NCBI GenBank assembly: GCA_963663965.2
Contig: CAXXFK010000028.1
Coordinates: 64,001-128,000 of the forward strand
Direction of reading: 5' to 3'
DNA length: 64,000 nt
Origin: Sedimentisphaerales bacterium
GTDB taxonomy: Bacteria; Planctomycetota; Phycisphaerae; Sedimentisphaerales; SM23-30
A model generated the notes under the pieces. The model ran no database searches, had not been told where the DNA came from, and saw nothing but the letters and a program-made list of their open reading frames with translations. This document shows positions 31,737-41,533 of the stretch, in pieces. How positions within the stretch are numbered: position 1 is the stretch's first letter; every line of letters begins with the position of its first letter. A program made the position numbers and the translations under genes.

Positions 31737-33298
31737 GGTTCAATCTCCCATTACCGGGGTATAAGCTTGTCTGATTTTAAGGAAGTCCAAGTTACTCATT
31801 GTTTTCATCCACTGTAACCATATAGCCATAGGAGCTACCTTATAACTTTAATGATTATTGTTAATGCCCTGGGCGAATCAGGCTGGCTATGCAATTGGAT
31901 AAGTTGGACAGATTTGCTGAAGGCGATGATTCAAAGCATCCAGATATATGGATAGAATTAGCTTTCTGGCAAATGGCATTTCAGGTATGGTGCAATCTGT
32001 ACTCGCCAGGTAGCTCTGAACATGTTCACCATTGTTTCCAGAATCGTTGGATAAGCTGACTTTGGGGTACTTGAATTCCCATAGATGGCTTTTAAGTCTC
32101 ACCTTCGATAGATATACACTTGTTGACAATGCGGTCCTAAATTGGCATCAAGTAATTCTTTTAAGCTGGATTTGATCAGATGGTACTATCGGCATATTAT
32201 TATACGTTACGTAGCTCAGAACGTGGCCACCTTGAGCTTTTAATTGCAGCATTTAGCGGGCTTTCTTGTCATTCTACGGACTAAATCATAAAACGGTTAA
32301 AGCCTGATAGATACACGAACCCTATACACGATTACTTCTCTGTCCGTATTTGGCAATGACATGATATAGATCGTAGACTATCTCTTAGCATTAGGGCAAT
32401 GAATTTGCCATACTTCCTGCTCATAAGATACTGTTCACTGTAATCCATTGACCCAACATGCTAAAAAAGTGCTTTTTGCAACCTTGGTCGAGCCTAGTAG
32501 CTCAAAGAATGCGATCTAGATCGCATTCTCTGAGCTTCTAGGCTCGGACCAGGTTGCAAAAAGCACTTTTTTAGCATGTTGGGTCAAGGATTACAGTGAA
32601 CAGTATCTTATGACCCTTTTGTATAGCAAATTCATTGCCCTATTGCTGAGGATTGTCTACGATCTATATCATGTAATTGCCAAATACGGACCGAGAAGTA
32701 ATCGTGTATAATGTTCGTGTAGATCTATAGCTTTAACCGTTTTATGATTTAGTCCGTAGAATGACAAGAAAGCATGCTTTATGCTGCAAATAGATGCTCA
32801 ATCTGGCCACGTTTTGAGCTACGTAACGTATAATAGTATGCCGAGAGTACCATCTGCCCCAATCCAGCTTAAAAGAATTACTTGATGCCAATTTAGGACC
32901 GCATTGGGGACAAGTGTATATCTATCGACGGTGAGACTTAAAAGCCAGGTATGGGTATTCAAATACAGGTAAGTCAGCTTATCCAACGATTCTGGTTATA
33001 ATCGTATAGCAGAGCTATGTTCGACTAACCTTGCCACAACCACTGACATATACCTGAACTGCCATTAGGAAAGCTAATTCTATCCATATCTCTGGACGCT
33101 TTGTATGACCGCCTTCAGAAAATCTGTCCAACTGATCCAATTTTATAGCCTTCCTGATTCGCCCAGGGCATTGACAATAATCATTAAACTCATAAGGTAG
33201 CTCCTATTACTATATGGTTACAGTGGATGAAAACAATGAATAACATGGACTACCTTATTTTTCAGACTTAGCTTACCCCGATATTGGGAGATTGAACC
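31737..33298. repeat. 1,562-bp imperfect spacer-less palindrome (781-bp arms)
   Basis: GGTTCAATCTCCCA (31737) pairs with TGGGAGATTGAACC (ends 33298); complementarity continues to the centre TCT|AGA at 32517/32518. Confidence 0.98.
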
Positions 33299-33481
33299 TT
33301 TTTTTTTTAATAATCTTTTAATTCGTTTTGTACACGTCAATTTATATATCTTTTTTTTAGAATTTTAAATAAATTGCGATTTTTATTGTAAGATTATCAA
33401 AAAAAAAAACAAATAATAAGTAGAAAAGATTTAATAAGTGTATGGAAAAAACATAGTATCGAAGTGTATTCTTATTTATAA

Positions 33482-34015
33482 ATGAATAAAGACAAAAATA
33501 AAGAATTAGCCATTTTCTGGGCCCGGTCACAGCCTCAGATTGTAAATTATATTAATGCTCAGGTATCCAACTTTCAGGATGCGGATGATATTATGCAGAG
33601 TGTAGCTGTGATTACAGTAGATAAGTTTGATACATTTGATCGAAGTGGTTCTTTTACATCCTGGGCAATAGGTATTGCGAGAAATTTAATATTAATGTAT
33701 TACGCTGAAAAGCGTAAGAACCGAGTGATGCTAGACCATGATGCCATGAATTTAGTTTCCGAAGTTTATGAGGCTGAATCACAGAGTATTGTAGAGCATA
33801 AAAAGAATGTGAACAAACACTTGAAAAGCTGTCTGGAAATGCTTAAGCATAAGTGGAAAAAAATTGTTGAAATGCATTATTACTCAGAGATGAGTCCTAA
33901 TAGAATTGCTCAGCAATTAAGCATGACAAGGAATAATGTATTTGTTTCACTTCACCGGATCAGACTTGCCCTGAAAAAATGTGTAGAAAAGAAGCTTAAA
34001 GAGGTTCAGCAATGA
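33482..34015 (+). CDS. ECF sigma-70 factor (cassette 1)
   Basis: DADDIMQSV, SFTSWAIGIARN, region 4 IAQQLSMTRNNVFVSLHRIRLALKKC. Confidence 0.93.
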   Translation: MNKDKNKELAIFWARSQPQIVNYINAQVSNFQDADDIMQSVAVITVDKFDTFDRSGSFTSWAIGIARNLILMYYAEKRKNRVMLDHDAMNLVSEVYEAESQSIVEHKKNVNKHLKSCLEMLKHKWKKIVEMHYYSEMSPNRIAQQLSMTRNNVFVSLHRIRLALKKCVEKKLKEVQQ

Positions 34016-35708
34016 CAGATAGGATCGAAGAACTATTAAGTAAATATATGCTGGATCCAGAGGCAATGGATGTTCAAGATGCCCAGGAATTATCAGATTG
34101 GATAAAGCAGGACAGGCGACATGCGAGGAAGTTTATTGATTCCGTGTTATTTCGGAGAGATATTCATGATCTGTTGCTAAGCTCAGATAATTCAATTAGT
34201 GATATATTATTAAATCCACCTGATGTTAAAGAAAATAATGCAGATTCTGCAATATTCGATAAGGAATTAATACATTCTCTTCTTGAAAATGAGCTGAGTG
34301 CTCCAGAAGTTGAGATAGAGAATAAATGTATAGAAATAGTAGAAGATAAAGTAACTATTCCTGTAGAAAATGATGGAAATACTGTATAAAATAAATATGT
34401 TCTATCGCATTTACAGTGTGATTGTTTCTATTGCTGCTTTGTTCATGATACTTCTTATTGTATATGCAAATATCTTTCCGCCAAAATATTCAATACCAGT
34501 AGCTACAGTCAAAGATCAGGGTGCGTGTAGAATGGAGTTCTTCGTCAGCCAGATTGCTAGATGGTGACAGGGTATTGACTAATCAATTGCCTTACAATAT
34601 GGAAAGAGGTATAGTTCAACTAATTTATGATGAAGGTGTTGAAGTAGTCATTGAAGGCCCTGCAAAATTTGCTATTACTGACTGTAATCAGTTAAATATG
34701 TTTTCAGGAAAAGTATTTGTCGATGTTACTTCTATGGCTGGCAATTTTGTTGTTAATACGCCAAATGCTACTATTATTGACTATGGAACAAAATTTGGAA
34801 TAAACGTTCAGTCTAAAACCAATAGTGAAGTCGCTGTATATGAGGGGAAGGTTAAGCTTGCAGATCGATTGCAGCCTAATCTCTCGGAACTGCTGATAGC
34901 TGGTAAAGCTGCAGCTTTAATTAATAACCAGATTTTTCCTACTGATTTTAAAGAAGATGCTTTTGTGAAAAAGATACCTTCGTTTTATCAGCAAAGAATT
35001 CTTAAGACTCAGCCAGTATATTTTTTGCAGTTTGAATTGCAAAAGCCATATATTTATAACCCAATTAATTCCAAGATACCATATTGCTCGGGGATTGCCT
35101 CTGAAGATATTGTTTTGGGTCCGCCTTTAGATATGCAGTATGAAGTTGGTGGTGCTTATTTTCATGGTCAACCAATTAAAATAGACCTTCAAAAAGAAGA
35201 ATTAAATTCATTTGAGCAAGGATTTACACTATCTCTATGGGTTAAACTGCAGACCTCAGAATCCAATTTCCAATCTTCTACATATCATATTTTAGACGGT
35301 TCTGGGCGGTTTGGACAATTATTATTAAGGGATGGTAAATTTGTTCATTTCTTCAGACCTATCCAGGAAATATTAAGAACCGAAGGGCTGGATGTCATTA
35401 AACCTGATAGTTGGTACCAATTAACAGTTACTATGGATTATTATACTAAAGAAAAGAAGTTTTATATTAATGGTGTTTTACAGGGGGGGCAGAATTCAAG
35501 TGGGAAAAATATTCCATCGACAGGATGCTCTAAAATTATTTTAGGCAATAAAACTCCTGCAGCCTTAGTTGAAAGCGAGGCATTTCATGGGTTAATGTCG
35601 GAAATTCTGCTATATGACAGAGCTTTGACAGATCAGGAGATACTAAGTATCTTCAATCTTTATTGGAGCTATAATGGGAGGGGTGAATATACTAGCTTTT
35701 GCTGGTGA
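34012..35708 (+). CDS. FecR-type anti-sigma factor with C-terminal LamG-like domain (frameshifts ~34385 and ~34520)
   Basis: Joined fragments give the cytoplasmic N-terminus, TM IVYANIFPP, FecR (VVIEGPAKF, IIDYGTKFG, VYEGKV) and LamG (FTLSLWVK, WYQLTVT, YDRALTDQEI). Confidence 0.8.
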
Positions 35709-37506
35709 CATTGATGACATTAGGATGCTGACGGAGGCGTTAACTGCTGAGCAGATTGCAATTTTGTACGATGAACCTCTTGAGTCTATTTATCCAGAGC
35801 AGAATGGTATAGTGCTGGATTCCTCCTTAAATTTAAGTTGGTCTGAATCTGATGATGCTCAATATTATGATGTTTATGTTGATACGAATTATGTAAATGT
35901 TGCAAATGCAACAATTAGTAATAATACGACTATGTATTATTTACGTACTGGTGACACTTCAGTGAATTCTGATATCAGTCTATTATCATCAGAAAATGTT
36001 TATTGGAGAGTTGATAAGGTTGTTGATGGGCAGATGGTTTGGGGCGATATATGGCGTTTTAAGTTTGAATACTGTGATCTGCAAATGGTTCCTGTTGTTG
36101 AATCTTATGATAATTATGACTCAGCCTTATTGTGTGTTCATTGGACACTATCAGGAAGTGAATTGTCATGGTATGAATTTGAGTCGATTAAAACATATGA
36201 TTACACTACAGGCAGTATGGTAGTCCATTATGAGACTAAAGAGTCTCCATTTTTTACAGAATTGACAAATGATTTTTGTGTGGCTCAAAATTGGTTGGTT
36301 GATGATTTGCAATCACTTGAGCTTCATTTTTATGGTTATCAGGATAATATAGCTCAACAGCTTTATTTCAAAGTTAAAGATACTGCTTCAAATGCTGCTA
36401 CTGTAATTTATCCAGATGCAGAAGATATGGTACAAAGTGAGCAGGATTGGCTGTGGAGGCAGTGGAATATTGATTTGGAAATGCTTAGTAGTCAGGGAGT
36501 TGACCTGAGTAATGTTGCCAGTATATCGATAGGGTTACAACGGCCAGATGGTGATAGTGAAGGAGGGCAGGGGAGTATTATAATTGACCAGATAGAACTT
36601 AAGCCGTCTATGTGTTTAAGTTCTATGACTGGAGAGGCTGATGTCAATAAAGATTGTTCTGCTGATATATACGATTTAATTCTGCTTGCTGAAGCATGGC
36701 TGGATAGTTCTGCAGGCCATCTGATTGCGGAGGAACCTTCAGACGAAAACCTGATCGCATATTACCCTTTTGATGAATCAGAGGGACTGACATCAGAAGA
36801 CATATCTGGTAACCAACATCATGCAACTGTTTACTCGAGTGACACTATTGAAATATGGAGCTCTGATGGTGTTGCAGATAACTGTATTGTATTCAATGGT
36901 GAATATCAGTCCTGTCCAATTGTAAGCATTCCTGAATCAGTATTTGGTATAGTTAATGATGAGCTTACAATTTCATTCTGGATGTATGTTGACAACTCCT
37001 GTTCCAATATTTTTACGGTATTCGACAACTATCCCGCGGATACAGGTGTGGCTGATACGAATCAGCTGACTTTAACTCTTGGCACAGTTGTTATACCTAT
37101 GTTTGAGCTAGAAAATAGCAACAAGTCCCAATGGAATCATTATGCTATGACGATGAGTTCTGCAGAAGGTATGATTAAGTATTATTTTAATGGAGAACTA
37201 CTTGTATTTAGAAATAGCAATCTTTCCCTTGATTTCTCTGGCCTGCAATACTTTATTTTAGGAAGAAGTTTCCCGTCTAATAACAGCAGTGTTTATGGAG
37301 CTGGGGCATTCAGTGGTAAACTTGATGAACTTAAGTTTTACAACAAAATGCTTTCGCAGCAGGAGATCCTTGCGTTAGCAGGAAAAGATGCTTTTTTTCA
37401 AAAAGTAAATCTAAACGCAAATATCAACAATGATAGTGAAATAAATATTGAAGATTATAGTTATCTGTCAACTTTCTGGAAAGAAATATATTTGTGGCCT
37501 CGTTAA
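35674..37506 (+). CDS. Modular LamG/carbohydrate-binding protein with two dockerin-like motifs, apparently 5'-truncated
   Basis: Begins mid-LamG (FAGDIDDIRML...LTAEQI), no signal peptide; VYWRVD, ADVNKDCSADIYDL, LamG, ANINNDSEINIEDY...W. Confidence 0.75.
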   Translation: MGGVNILAFAGDIDDIRMLTEALTAEQIAILYDEPLESIYPEQNGIVLDSSLNLSWSESDDAQYYDVYVDTNYVNVANATISNNTTMYYLRTGDTSVNSDISLLSSENVYWRVDKVVDGQMVWGDIWRFKFEYCDLQMVPVVESYDNYDSALLCVHWTLSGSELSWYEFESIKTYDYTTGSMVVHYETKESPFFTELTNDFCVAQNWLVDDLQSLELHFYGYQDNIAQQLYFKVKDTASNAATVIYPDAEDMVQSEQDWLWRQWNIDLEMLSSQGVDLSNVASISIGLQRPDGDSEGGQGSIIIDQIELKPSMCLSSMTGEADVNKDCSADIYDLILLAEAWLDSSAGHLIAEEPSDENLIAYYPFDESEGLTSEDISGNQHHATVYSSDTIEIWSSDGVADNCIVFNGEYQSCPIVSIPESVFGIVNDELTISFWMYVDNSCSNIFTVFDNYPADTGVADTNQLTLTLGTVVIPMFELENSNKSQWNHYAMTMSSAEGMIKYYFNGELLVFRNSNLSLDFSGLQYFILGRSFPSNNSSVYGAGAFSGKLDELKFYNKMLSQQEILALAGKDAFFQKVNLNANINNDSEINIEDYSYLSTFWKEIYLWPR

Positions 37507-37677
37507 AGCAAAGGTATCGTCTTTTACTAGTTGGCAGGCAAATAATATTGTGCGTAAAATATTATAAAAATAGTCGTTTATGTATGAATATAATGCATAG
37601 CCGTTTTGGTATAGATATTCTAATGAGGAAGTCTGTTAAGCCATATTTCCCTTAAGTTTAAGTATGAAGGCAGATTA

Positions 37678-38472
37678 TCATTTCGGTGCCCAGTAGTCCT
37701 GTTTCCATAGCCACTGGTTGATCTGTTTGTCTATATTGCTTGGATTCTGAACGCTGCCATCGTCCATGAGGACATTGTAGTGCCAGAATTTCTGGTCAAT
37801 GTTCAGGTTGGTGCCAATGCTTCTGGTGAGTGCGGAAGTCGTTTGTGAATTCATTGCATCAACTACTTCTTCTGTAACATCCAGCATCATAGCGCCTTTT
37901 GATACATTATTGACGGTATAAGTACTTCCTCTTCTTTTAGCGATCTCATCTTTTTTGTAAATAAAGACATAAGCACTCCAGAATAATGGCCTGTAAAAAT
38001 CATCGGAGTTGGAGCTATACTTATCGTATTTTTTATCAAGTTCTGCGGTAGAATAGGATTGCAGGTCAGACTCATCTTCCACACCATGGTATCTGTAATT
38101 CTGCTTGTACGAAACATTTTTGACACTAGGGCAGAAGAATATCTCACGATTGTCAAGCATTCTTCTTCTCATTATGTCATCGACCATTTTAGGGACAGGG
38201 AACTCATATGGGTAATCACCACCGGCAGAATTAACATGCCAGCCGCCATCTTTCATGACATTTTTAGTAAAGTCGAAGCCGTACTGAGCGCAATATACAC
38301 TAGCCGCTTTGCCTATCTGGCTAAGATTTGATTTACATACGACAGACTGAGCCTGCGACTTTGCCTTGCTCAGTGCCGGCATCAAAATAGAAACCAGTAA
38401 TGCTATAATTGTAATAACAACTAATAGCTCAATTAATGTAAAACCATCAAAACAACGTCTTCTACTTTTCAT
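37678..38472 (-). CDS. Prepilin-type N-terminal cleavage/methylation protein (planctomycete DUF1559-like)
   Basis: [29 protein letters not shown]...[23 protein letters not shown]. Confidence 0.92.
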   Translation of the reverse strand: MKSRRRCFDGFTLIELLVVITIIALLVSILMPALSKAKSQAQSVVCKSNLSQIGKAASVYCAQYGFDFTKNVMKDGGWHVNSAGGDYPYEFPVPKMVDDIMRRRMLDNREIFFCPSVKNVSYKQNYRYHGVEDESDLQSYSTAELDKKYDKYSSNSDDFYRPLFWSAYVFIYKKDEIAKRRGSTYTVNNVSKGAMMLDVTEEVVDAMNSQTTSALTRSIGTNLNIDQKFWHYNVLMDDGSVQNPSNIDKQINQWLWKQDYWAPK

Positions 38473-39110
38473 TTATTGGGTCCTTTTTCATAAATATCCA
38501 GACTTATTGTCAGAAAGCTTATTGTTTTAATTCAAATAGAAAACCTGTAACAATAAGCAACTAAAATATATTGATCATCTTATAGCAATATACCTCAGAT
38601 ATAGTGTCAAGCGACTAATCATATATGCTTAATCACTTGATTGAACAAAACATGTACGAAAAAATATTTTTTTTTGCACAACAACGTTTTTTTGGGCAAT
38701 TTATAATAGTTTATAGTCACTTTTCTCTGTTTTTTAAGTTATAGGGAATAATCATTTTATATACGCAATGACTACTATTTTTAGATTTTTCCAAAAAGGT
38801 TAAAAAATTATCTCTTAGAAAAGCTGGCGGTTTGCCTCATAAGTTTTGAGTGGAACTCTCAATAAACAAGCCGTAATCGATTAATTTCTCCCCAAAATAT
38901 CTTAATCTCAGGAAAAATAATAAATGTACTCAATTCTTAATGTAACATGTTGTTGTATAATGTTTTATATGTTGTGTTAGAGTTTTTATGTAATTAGTTT
39001 ATAATATATAAATAGTTTTTATGTGTGAATTTTAAGACTTAGGATATTGCCTTATAGAGGATGATTATTTGTTAATCGATCTTTCTTTGTGAATTGTGTT
39101 TAATTGATTT

Positions 39111-39647
39111 ATGAGTATTTTAATGGATGATACTTTTCGGAAAAACAGTACTTTTGTTGAGCTGTATAGTTCAAACTATAACAGAATTCGTTCATTTATT
39201 CTGATGATGGTTCCCAATACATCTGAAGCTGATGATATTTTGCAGGAAACATCCAGAATAATGTGGGAGAAGTTTCAACAGTACGAACCAGGCACCAACT
39301 TTGTATCATGGGGAGTTACTATTGCTAAGTATCAGGTACTGAAATATCGTAAAAATTACAATTCCAAAGTGCCATTAAGTTCTGAAATAATAGATAAATT
39401 GTCAGAAGATTTTGAGAGTCCGCTTGACAGGGAAAACGATCAGCTTGATGCTTTGAGGGGTTGTTTGAAAAAGCTGGAAAAGAAGGATTATCATCTGATA
39501 CAGTCACGTTTTGAGCATAAGAAAACTGCCAGAGAGCTGTCTCAGCAAATTGGTGTTGCAATGAATACTATATATAGAAATGAATCCAGAGTTCTGTATT
39601 TATTACAGAGATGCATATACAAGACACTAGGGGCAAATGAGATATGA
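39111..39647 (+). CDS. ECF sigma-70 factor (cassette 2)
   Basis: EADDILQET, YEPGTNFVSWGVTIAKYQV, ALRGCLKKL. Confidence 0.93.
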   Translation: MSILMDDTFRKNSTFVELYSSNYNRIRSFILMMVPNTSEADDILQETSRIMWEKFQQYEPGTNFVSWGVTIAKYQVLKYRKNYNSKVPLSSEIIDKLSEDFESPLDRENDQLDALRGCLKKLEKKDYHLIQSRFEHKKTARELSQQIGVAMNTIYRNESRVLYLLQRCIYKTLGANEI

Positions 39648-41341
39648 GCATACAGAACTCGGAATATAAAAAGTTTGATGATTTGAGGATTCTCATATTG
39701 CGGGCTCTGGATGGAACGATTTCTGTCGAAGAACTGAGCGATCTGGAAGGCAAACTTGCCTCTGATAGTAGATGCAGAAAGTACTATCGTGCTTTTATGT
39801 TTACGTACTGTAATATTGAAAGTGTGATGGGGGCAGATGATGTCGCTGCTTTATTGCGTGACAGCGGCTCTGATAGTAATGTCGATGAAGAGTTTTTGTC
39901 AATCCTGGCGGCACAGGAGGATAATGCTCCTGAGCTGGTTATGGAGAGGCCGGAAGTTGAGACAGTTATAATATCAAAGCCTAAGTCTGATAATAAATCC
40001 AGCAAATTCAATAAATTTGTCAGCTGTACAGTAGCGATAGCAGCTTCTATACTGGTATTCTTTATTGTATATGCCAATGTTTTCCCGCCACATTATACCG
40101 TTCCAGTGGCTTCTATTGTTGATTCTGTTGACTCAAAATGGGAAAACGGCTCGGAGCGGCTATTGCCGGGTGATCGTATTTTTACTAATCAGCCGCCTTA
40201 TGCGATTAGTGCCGGAATTGTAAAGATTCAGTACAATAGTGGAGTTGCTGTCATAATAGAAGCCCCGGCTGAATTTCAGATAATAGATGATGATGAGCTG
40301 AGATTGGATTACGGCAGGATATTTGCCATTGTGCCGAAGGAAGGTATTGGTTTTGCCGTCCAGACTAAAAATAGCAGGATAATTGATCTTGGCACTGAAT
40401 TTGGTGTCCAGGTCAATTCTAATGGAGATACCTCGCTGCATGTAATTAAAGGGAAAACCATGCTTGTTGCCGGCGACAGTGTAAATGCTGTTAGCCTGGC
40501 AGTAAATGAGGGTATGGCCAGAAGAGTATCTTTGGCTAATAATACAGTCGAGGAAATATACTGCAAAGATGATTTCTTTGTCAGGGATATTAGTTCCAAT
40601 AGTAATTTTATCTGGCGTGGACAGGATAAAATCAATCTTGCTGATATTATCGGCGGTGGTAATGGTTTTGGTACAGGGCAGGAGTCTATAGCTATCGATC
40701 CTGCTTCTGGTGAAATTTCAAATGAAATCGTTACCGCAAGCAGAGCTCAGAGAGATAATAAATATTATCCGGTTGCTGACAATCCGTATATTGATGGTGT
40801 TTTTGTGCCTTATGGAAAAGGAATACCTCTTCAGATAACATCTGTAGGGCATATTTTCGAACAGTGTCCTGAAACTGCAGGGGAATATTGGATGGGTATA
40901 TCCAATAAGCCGGTTATAAATCCTGAAGTTACAGCAGCAAAACCATATAATTTTGAGTATGTGAAACTGGATGGGATCCAATATGGAACAAAAGATCATC
41001 CGGCTATAATGATGCATGCCAACTGCGGCATTACCTTTGATCTGGATGAGATCCGTCAAACGATCCAAAAGAAAGAGATCAGCGGATTCACTGCAGTCGG
41101 TGGTATCTCCGAAACAATACGAGGCTCTGAATTTATCAAAGAAGCAAGTGTTGTGTTGTGGATTCTTGTTGATGGTAATGTTTTGCAGAAATATGATCTT
41201 GATGTTAATAACGATAAGGTTGATATAAATATAGCCCTTAATGATAATGTCAGGTTTCTGACTTTAATTTCTACCGATGGACATCAGAGCATTAATTGCG
41301 ACTGGGCTTTCTTGGGTAATCCATCTCTTATGCTTAAGTAA
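39644..41341 (+). CDS. FecR-type anti-sigma factor with C-terminal NPCBM/CBM51-like domain
   Basis: TM IVYANVFPP, FecR IIDLGTEFG/HVIKG, C-terminal HANCGITFDL...LVDG...FLTLISTDG...CDWAFLGNP. Confidence 0.88.
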   Translation: MSIQNSEYKKFDDLRILILRALDGTISVEELSDLEGKLASDSRCRKYYRAFMFTYCNIESVMGADDVAALLRDSGSDSNVDEEFLSILAAQEDNAPELVMERPEVETVIISKPKSDNKSSKFNKFVSCTVAIAASILVFFIVYANVFPPHYTVPVASIVDSVDSKWENGSERLLPGDRIFTNQPPYAISAGIVKIQYNSGVAVIIEAPAEFQIIDDDELRLDYGRIFAIVPKEGIGFAVQTKNSRIIDLGTEFGVQVNSNGDTSLHVIKGKTMLVAGDSVNAVSLAVNEGMARRVSLANNTVEEIYCKDDFFVRDISSNSNFIWRGQDKINLADIIGGGNGFGTGQESIAIDPASGEISNEIVTASRAQRDNKYYPVADNPYIDGVFVPYGKGIPLQITSVGHIFEQCPETAGEYWMGISNKPVINPEVTAAKPYNFEYVKLDGIQYGTKDHPAIMMHANCGITFDLDEIRQTIQKKEISGFTAVGGISETIRGSEFIKEASVVLWILVDGNVLQKYDLDVNNDKVDINIALNDNVRFLTLISTDGHQSINCDWAFLGNPSLMLK

Positions 41342-41533
41342 TGACTATATACCGGTGTAGTTTATTTAATATAAAATTTTGTTTTCTTATTAAATTTTAG
41401 ATGAACAGGATAAGAGAGAAGTTCTTCCCATCTTGTTTTTCAGAATTGGTTATCTGATTATTTTTTAGGATTGATTGTAATCAATAGCGGAGATTGTCTA
41501 TTTAAATTTTCACATTTTTTAAGGAGAGTCGTA

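Noticed and set aside
31887..32129. 80-aa minus-strand ORF inside the palindrome as its encoded protein
   Set aside because: No recognisable motif or RBS, and its mirror in the other arm is not preserved as an ORF in the track; likely chance.
31737..33298. Palindrome as a simple read fold-back artefact
   Set aside because: Not favoured: unique sequence continues on both sides, the tRNA is not mirrored, and the differences are clustered substitutions rather than homopolymer indels. It cannot be fully excluded without reads.
31619..33480. Prophage or integrase-bearing island at tRNA-Arg
   Set aside because: No integrase, phage gene or clear long tRNA 3' duplication in the window.
38473..39110. 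640-bp AT-rich gap as an ncRNA or origin
   Set aside because: Explained as a divergent promoter region; no stable structure or DnaA-box array recognised.
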